Origin: an uncultured bacterium
GTDB taxonomy: Bacteria > Zixibacteria > MSB-5A5 > UBA10806
Direction of reading: 5' to 3'
Length of the DNA: 64,000 nucleotides
NCBI GenBank assembly: GCA_965541585.1
Contig: CBEUCH010000006.1
Span: 1 to 64,000 of the forward strand
Position 1 is the first letter of the stretch. Each line of letters opens with the position of its first letter. The notes below the pieces were generated by a model. That model saw nothing but the letters and a program-made list of their open reading frames with translations, made no database searches and had not been told where the DNA came from. A program made the position numbers and the translations under genes. Shown here one piece after another: positions 58,270 to 64,000 of this stretch.

Positions 58270-59061
58270 TTAGTCAACCCGTCTCGCCCTTACACCGAAA
58301 TCGATATTATCGGTTACCCAATGGAAAAAACGGGTCTGTTCTGCGAAAGCGGTATTCGGCAGGAAGATCTTAGGATCCTTCCATGATACGAGCACGTCGG
58401 CGTCCTGGGTCCAGATCTTGACCCTGCTTCTTTTGACCTTTGTCTGCCAATTCCTTCCCACTATCGGGCTTGTGTAGAGCAGTCGTATTGTCACGCTTCT
58501 CGCCAGCTTCTCTAGAGGTTTAACCACCAAGCTCCCGAAATCGGTCTTACCGTTACGCTTAACGTCCGGTATACCATCACTGATCATCACGATGGAGATG
58601 GGTCGCAGTACCAGGTTTTTATTCTTGATTGTCAGAGCGACCTGTTCGAAAAAAGCGTTGTAATCGGTGAAAGGATTCGATTGGTCTTTGGGAAAAATCT
58701 CCTTTAGTTTAGCGGCGATTTCCTCCACCGATTTGTTCTGAAACGATTGTATCGGATAGAATGTCTTAGGTTCGTTTGCCCTGGCGCCCCCTATGGAGCT
58801 GACAAACAGTACGCGGGGGATCTCCAGCCCGCCAAAACCGTTAAGATGGCCGTAGATATAATTGGCGAGAAAATCGATTGAATCGTCGAAATGCCCGCCG
58901 TTGATAAACGATCCGCTGATATCCACACCGATAAACATCGAAAGCCGTGGATTAGGACCATCGCTCGAAAAACTGCATCCGCACAATGCCAGCGATATGC
59001 AGCACAACATCAATATCGGTGCTTTGAGCCTAAGCATTTTGATATTCCTCGACCTTTTCAT
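58270..59061 (-). CDS. vWA-like (MIDAS) lipoprotein
   Basis: Lipobox-like LCGC; GVDISGS, FTDY, MISDG. Confidence 0.7.
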   Translation of the reverse strand: MKRSRNIKMLRLKAPILMLCCISLALCGCSFSSDGPNPRLSMFIGVDISGSFINGGHFDDSIDFLANYIYGHLNGFGGLEIPRVLFVSSIGGARANEPKTFYPIQSFQNKSVEEIAAKLKEIFPKDQSNPFTDYNAFFEQVALTIKNKNLVLRPISIVMISDGIPDVKRNGKTDFGSLVVKPLEKLARSVTIRLLYTSPIVGRNWQTKVKRSRVKIWTQDADVLVSWKDPKIFLPNTAFAEQTRFFHWVTDNIDFGVRARRVD

Positions 59062-60283
59062 GTATTTTCGCCTCCGGTTTGGCTCTTCTTTTAGTTCTCC
59101 CTGATATATCGTCTATCAGATCCCTGGAGTTCTTGATGGACTTGAGATTTGTGAAGGGAAGATCGAAAAGGTGATTCGACGATAAAAGAAGGGTTCCGAA
59201 ATTTATGGCAGCGGCAATAACCTGCAGCGGCGGGAGAATAAACGACGCCAGAAGCTCCTCGCCTTTCATCTGGATCCATTGGGTTTCGCTTTTGATCCTG
59301 CTTACGAACTCCGAGGAGACACCGAGCAGACGGCTCTTGCCGTTCTCATTGGTGCTGAACATGACCACTCCCTTACCCTGAATCATATGCATGATCGTGG
59401 GAGTACCATGGGCGGCGAATAGGAACCATGACAGCGATCTTATACCGAACCAGACAAAGCATGAAATACCAAGGATCCCCAATATACCCAGCTCGAAATT
59501 CTCCGTGTACTGCGCGAACCACGGCACCAGCGAATCGACGAATTCCCTGTAAAGAAACACGACTTCTACGAAGAGTACAACCGTCTCGATTACACCGATA
59601 CCGATTATCGACGATACGTTTTTACCCTTAACCGATTCCACGAAGGTCGACAGCACGGCGTAACTTCCCAGAATCATAAAGAGCAGGAATAGAAACAACG
59701 GTATACGGATGAAATTTAGCGGTAGATTCTCGCCGGTAATATTGGAAAACGTATCGACAACCAGCGGCGTCATTACATAGGTGAATATGAAGGCCTCTAT
59801 CAGGCACCAGAAGACTGTCATAAACACGGCCACCCAGGGAACGGGCGAGCTGAGCACGTTTTGGCTGAGTCCTTTGATCAGCCTGAACGGCGTATAGATG
59901 ATCTCCTGCACCACCGACCAGATCCCGAATATGGCGACTTTGAAAAGCCCCACCAATGCGATCACCAGGTTGAAGAAAAATCTTATAATACCGCCCCAGA
60001 AATAAATGATCGATTTTCCCAGGTCCCACCAGGTTACGAGTAAGACGGTCAAAAACGCCACTCGTCGTTGCCTCATTAATACGGTCAGGATGCAGGCCAT
60101 AGTAATCCAGCATCCCAGAATTACCGCGAGCACTGGTAAAAGAAAGAACAGCCTTTTGCCCATACTGATCCAGAATTGATCATTTGCCCCCCAGGCGAAC
60201 GTCAGAAACGTGCTCTGGAAAAAGAGGGGAAAGAACAGTATGGAAAGGGCAACCTTAACAATACCATTAGGTTCGTTAAACAT
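59030..60283 (-). CDS. Hypothetical polytopic membrane protein
   Basis: About eight to nine hydrophobic segments; overlaps the vWA gene; GGGAGGT ribosome-binding site. Confidence 0.75.
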   Translation of the reverse strand: MFNEPNGIVKVALSILFFPLFFQSTFLTFAWGANDQFWISMGKRLFFLLPVLAVILGCWITMACILTVLMRQRRVAFLTVLLVTWWDLGKSIIYFWGGIIRFFFNLVIALVGLFKVAIFGIWSVVQEIIYTPFRLIKGLSQNVLSSPVPWVAVFMTVFWCLIEAFIFTYVMTPLVVDTFSNITGENLPLNFIRIPLFLFLLFMILGSYAVLSTFVESVKGKNVSSIIGIGVIETVVLFVEVVFLYREFVDSLVPWFAQYTENFELGILGILGISCFVWFGIRSLSWFLFAAHGTPTIMHMIQGKGVVMFSTNENGKSRLLGVSSEFVSRIKSETQWIQMKGEELLASFILPPLQVIAAAINFGTLLLSSNHLFDLPFTNLKSIKNSRDLIDDISGRTKRRAKPEAKIHEKVEEYQNA

Positions 60284-60505
60284 GAATAGACCTCCCGGTA
60301 TTAGTATTTCGTTTTTACCAAATTTAATATCATTATAATATCGGCAAATTTCAGGCCGTTATAATATTTTTGTTTAGAGGGGTAGTTTTGTTGACAAGAA
60401 TAGTAATAGGTGAGAAGTTTATCGTCCATAAGCGTTTGCGGGAGTTGGAAACCTGTTTCGGCCTGGTCATCACGGAGATAGAGGTTATCTGCGCCCGAAG
60501 CAGCC

Positions 60506-60532
60506 GTGGGTCGGGAGCCCCGCGCTCCCGAC
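60506..60532. repeat. REP-like palindrome
   Basis: GTGGGTCGGGAG-CCCCGCG-CTCCCGAC. Confidence 0.55.
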
Positions 60533-60568
60533 ACCCGATTTCGATAAATCAAAACAGGGAGACCCAAA

Positions 60569-61333
60569 ATGAAACAAAATCCGATAATCGATTCTATGCT
60601 CAACCGCAAATCGATACGCAAATTCACAGAGGAGATGCCGTCCGACGAGGTGTTAGAGTCAATCGTCCGGGCGGGACAGCAGGCGCCGTTTGGCGGCCAG
60701 CTTTACAGTATCCTCCTGTCGCGCCAACGCAAGCACAACGCCTTCCACGCGCCGCTTCTGTTCACGTTTTGTGTCGATCTGAACAGGATGGAGATCATAA
60801 TGAAGAAGCGGGGCTGGAAGATGATCACCAACGATCTTTTTATGTTCATATTCGGTATCCAGGACGCCACGCTGGCGGGCCAGAATATGGTCATGGCGGC
60901 CGAGAGCCTGGGGATGGGTTCGGTTTACTTAGGCGAGGTGCCGTACTGGACCACGAAGATCAGGAAAAAATACAAGCTTCCGAAACGCGTATTCCCGTTT
61001 GTGCAGCTGGCCATGGGCTACCCCGCCGAGGACGAGCCGACGCGCCCCAGGTACCCGATGGATTTCACGCTGTTTGAGAACGAGTATCCGAAATTCACCG
61101 ACCAGATGGTGGAGCGGGCCATGAAGGTTATGGACGACGGCTACATGGGGCAGGATTATTATAAGAAAGCAAAACGCATGATCTCCCTTAAGGACGGCCG
61201 CGAGGAGACTTATACATACGATAACTACGGCTGGACCGAGCATATCTCCCGCAAGTGGGGCCAGTGGCATCCCGATATCGATAGACTTTTAGATAATTTC
61301 AAAGAATGCGGTTTGGAGCTGGAGAGGAAATGA
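60569..61333 (+). CDS. Nitroreductase family protein (NfrA1/Frp-like)
   Basis: RKSIRKF, DATLAGQNMVMAAESLGMGSVYLG, MGYP..RPRYP. Confidence 0.92.
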   Translation: MKQNPIIDSMLNRKSIRKFTEEMPSDEVLESIVRAGQQAPFGGQLYSILLSRQRKHNAFHAPLLFTFCVDLNRMEIIMKKRGWKMITNDLFMFIFGIQDATLAGQNMVMAAESLGMGSVYLGEVPYWTTKIRKKYKLPKRVFPFVQLAMGYPAEDEPTRPRYPMDFTLFENEYPKFTDQMVERAMKVMDDGYMGQDYYKKAKRMISLKDGREETYTYDNYGWTEHISRKWGQWHPDIDRLLDNFKECGLELERK

Positions 61334-61758
61334 GGATTAGGAAAGTAGGACAGGAGTTTGCTCCCGAGACCCGTCTTTAAAAAAAAATAATACACAATCA
61401 GATAATCGATCCCTAAATGGCAAGGTTCTCAGCATCGCTCCGGGCGAATTATTGGTAGTTTCTACTAGTTACGGTTTCCGTTAAGCGGGGATTAACGGAA
61501 ATGGCCTTCAGAGAATTGACCCAACCTCGAAGAAACTTGACTTTTGATATTGCAGGACTAACGTAAAATGTCGTACAATAATTGGGGGTAGGTCATATGT
61601 GAGAGGCCATTACAGATCTAAGTAATTAAGAACAATCAGATGAAGAAGAATAATAAGAGAATCATTGAACCACTCATACCAATATTGAACGTGGACCTGG
61701 ACCAACGTCTCCGACTAAAACTCCTGCCCCAATTCTTCCTTAACTATTCGGTCTAAAA

Positions 61759-62184
61759 ATGCTCAAAGAGAAAGTGTTTGTCAGCTTTGATTATAAAAAA
61801 GACAAGAAGTATAAGTCTATGCTCGAAGCTTGGAATAATAATCCTCACTTCCAATTCGTTTTCCCCGATGCCACTCCTCGAGAGATCAATAGCAAAAATG
61901 CAGGACGTGTTAAAGCAGCATTAACGTCAAAAATAGCATCAGCAAGTCATACGCTCGTTATTGTTGGAGAGGAGGCGAATAAATTGCATAAAGACAATAG
62001 GCTTATTGGGTCTAGGAATTGGATGAATTTTGAAATCAGTAAAAGTAAGGAACTTGGAAAAAAACTCGTTGCCGTTAAACTTAATCGCCTAAATAGATCA
62101 CCACTTGCATTGTTTGGTGCCAATGCCTCATGGGCTATGAGCTTTACTCAGCCTGCGATAATGATGGCCTTGATTGAAGCCTGA
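61759..62184 (+). CDS. TIR-like domain protein (Thoeris ThsB / MTH538-like)
   Basis: VFVSFDY, TLVIVG, NWMNFEI with the conserved catalytic-type Glu, KKLVAV. Confidence 0.82.
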   Translation: MLKEKVFVSFDYKKDKKYKSMLEAWNNNPHFQFVFPDATPREINSKNAGRVKAALTSKIASASHTLVIVGEEANKLHKDNRLIGSRNWMNFEISKSKELGKKLVAVKLNRLNRSPLALFGANASWAMSFTQPAIMMALIEA

Positions 62185-62227
62185 TTCTCTTAACAGGACT
62201 TGCCATGCCTGGTGTGTCCTGCCATAC

Positions 62228-62337
62228 ACTTATACTGGACCGACCATATCTCCCGTAAGTAGGGCCAGTGGCATCCCGATATCGATGAGCTTCTGGATAA
62301 TTTCAAAGAATGCGGGTTGGAGATGGAGAGAGGATAG
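62228..62337 (+). pseudogene. Second, degenerate copy of the nitroreductase 3' end
   Basis: Matches about 61208-61327 with a short deletion and TGG to TAG: WTDHISRK*GQWHPDIDELLDNFKECGLEMERG. Confidence 0.85.
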
Positions 62338-62341
62338 AATC

Positions 62342-62562
62342 TTCAATGCGTCGTCAGGAACCCATTCCTGACGATTTCCGGGTTTCTGTAAGGAAAGGGT
62401 TCCTTACAGCGCCTAAAAATCGACGAACTTCTGGATAATTTCAAAGAATGCGGTTTGGATTTGGAGAGGGAGTGAGGATTGGCAGTTTCAATGCGTCGTC
62501 AGGAACCCATTCCTGACGATTTCCGGGTTTCTGTAAGGAAAGGGTTCCTTACAGCGCCTAAA
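62342..62562. repeat. Two identical 76-bp REP doublets (62342-62417, 62487-62562) separated by a third copy of the nitroreductase 3' end (62419-62480)
   Basis: TTCAATGCGTCGTCAGGAACCCATTCCTGACG..CTGTAAGGAAAGGGTTCCTTACAGCGCCTAAA twice; the spacer translates as IDELLDNFKECGLDLERE*. Confidence 0.9.
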
Positions 62563-62679
62563 GAGATACCAACTAAAAGACTGAATGGCCTATGATGTTA
62601 AGCAAACCCTTATTAGGGTTAAGGTTAACTAAAGAATAGGGGAGAGTCATCGATACCCTAAATAGGTAAATAAATCAAT

Positions 62680-62708
62680 TTGACAATTGAGACGCCGATA
62701 ATTATAAT
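62680..62708 (+). promoter_or_regulatory. Perfect consensus sigma70 promoter
   Basis: TTGACA-17 nt-TATAAT upstream of the HD gene. Confidence 0.8.
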
Positions 62709-62931
62709 AGTATCTTAGTGTTATGGGTAGAACGGATGAGTTGTTCCTATGGCCAACATCAATACTGAAAATGTTAATACGAAAATTAAATTATTACGCT
62801 TGCACTTAAAGTATTTATTATCTAAAATAAGATAGAGTAAAAACTGTGTCCAGAGCCAACAAAAAGATCACTGTTTTGAGAAACAAATCAAGATCCTATT
62901 GCGTAGATAATAATGAAGGGCAGTGTTGATT

Positions 62932-64000
62932 ATGCAATATAACGGGAAAGATGCATTGCTTCAGACCAGTCTTTTCGCGAAGACTACAGCATCTGCTTAC
63001 AACAGAATTGGGATTTTCAATGAAAGCATGAATAAAGAGTTGTGCTCTTTTGCCGAGCCAATCTTAGAATCTCCTGTCTTCCAACGGCTTTCGAGAATCG
63101 CTTTTTTGGGTATTCTTTCGCCTCGTTTTGCAAAAGAGATCAAATCACCATTATTTTCTCGAAAAAAGGTAATTCAAACACACGAAGGATCTCGTTTGGA
63201 TCATAGCTTGGGAGTGGCGTCGATTGCTCTAAGTATGGCCAAAAATCTCGGTTTTTCAAGAGAAATCCAGCGTTATTCTGTAGTTTGGGGTTTGACACAC
63301 GATATTGCAAGTTGGCCATTATCTCACACAGGTGAAAGTGCCTTTGCAGGTCTTACGAAAATTTCAATGAGGAGACTAAGGCGGCGGATTATTTTGGGTG
63401 ATTCCCTTCTTCCATCTGAATTTAGTCTTAGAAGACATCTACTGAAAATTAGAATAGACCCGAATAAACTTCTTGGTCTATTTTCGTCTTCTTCTTATAA
63501 GATATCCCACGATCTCACAGAGATAAAGATGCTTTTTGGTTCTCCTGTTTCCCCGGATACCATAGAAGGAATTTGGCGAAGTGGAAGGATATTTTCGGTT
63601 TCTATTCCTGGTCCACATGTTCTTCTGAAGTCAATTAACAAGGACCTCTTCGATATAGTCGTCTGTAAGGAGCATTCTAAGCGCATATTTGACTTTTGGA
63701 GGGGGAAAGCGAATATTTATAAAAAATATATCAATCGTCCAGACGTAATAGCCTGGGAATCAGCTTGGTCTAAATCAATAAAGCAGGTATTTCCTGGAAT
63801 AGGATTAATAGACTCACTCAATCTACCAGAAAATGAAATCGTTAATAGCGTTAAAGAGGCCGGCGTATTACCAGTTTCAGCGATATTTAGATATAAGTTT
63901 CCAATGGAATATGTCGTTTATCCAACAAGGAAACGCTCCTTTTCAAAAAGCCTATCGCTAAAGCACATTCACCGTACTTTTAAGTGCAGAAAGCTGAAAT
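62932..64000 (+). CDS. HD-domain phosphohydrolase (SAMHD1/dNTPase-like), 3' truncated by window edge; absent from the ORF track
   Basis: Manual translation is open to the end: SPVFQRLSRIAFLG, SRLDHSLGVA, LTHDIASWPLSHTGE, SPDTIEG. Confidence 0.85.
   Translation, partial: MQYNGKDALLQTSLFAKTTASAYNRIGIFNESMNKELCSFAEPILESPVFQRLSRIAFLGILSPRFAKEIKSPLFSRKKVIQTHEGSRLDHSLGVASIALSMAKNLGFSREIQRYSVVWGLTHDIASWPLSHTGESAFAGLTKISMRRLRRRIILGDSLLPSEFSLRRHLLKIRIDPNKLLGLFSSSSYKISHDLTEIKMLFGSPVSPDTIEGIWRSGRIFSVSIPGPHVLLKSINKDLFDIVVCKEHSKRIFDFWRGKANIYKKYINRPDVIAWESAWSKSIKQVFPGIGLIDSLNLPENEIVNSVKEAGVLPVSAIFRYKFPMEYVVYPTRKRSFSKSLSLKHIHRTFKCRKLK

Noticed and set aside
60370..61077. 235-aa ORF overlapping the nitroreductase
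   Set aside because: Alternative-frame shadow of a GC-rich gene with no recognisable motifs; the same applies to most short antisense ORFs in the track
61563..61756. Small ORFs upstream of the TIR gene (YVRGHYRSK fragment; 38-aa MKKNNK.. ORF)
   Set aside because: No convincing ribosome-binding site or family match; too short to support
62174..62371. 65-aa ORF after the TIR gene as a possible effector
   Set aside because: It is an off-frame reading of the duplicated nitroreductase end and the REP sequence
62342..62562. CRISPR array or integron attC sites
   Set aside because: Only two 76-bp units, the spacer is a copy of the neighbouring gene end, there are no cas or intI genes, and the ends do not fit RYYYAAC..GTTRRRY

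Overview
Bacterial chromosomal window. Many proteins with T9SS-type C-terminal sorting domains and Cys-rich dockerin-like tails suggest an FCB-group organism such as Zixibacteria (inference). It has four parts. (1) The conserved origin-proximal block rpmH-rnpA-yidD-yidC-mnmE-mnmG-rsmG-parA-parB-M23-bactofilin, with two parS sites and a candidate oriC (DnaA-box-like 9-mers plus DnaA-trio-like repeats) between mnmG and rsmG; dnaA is not next to rpmH, and rnpA seems to start at CTG. (2) An AT-rich, tightly coupled four-gene island (wHTH-like protein, P-loop AAA+ ATPase, small protein, PIN nuclease) that looks like a defence system I cannot name. (3) Secreted surface proteins in which cohesin-like domains, dockerin-like tails and T9SS tails are mixed, plus an egtD gene flanked by a betaine-type ABC importer and a flavoprotein disulfide reductase. 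(4) At the right end, the 3' end of a nitroreductase gene occurs three times, interleaved with an orphan ThsB-like TIR gene, two identical 76-bp REP doublets and a SAMHD1-like HD gene that runs off the window. No rRNA, tRNA, CRISPR array, integrase or transposase was recognised. All calls come from reading motifs by eye; no database search was run.
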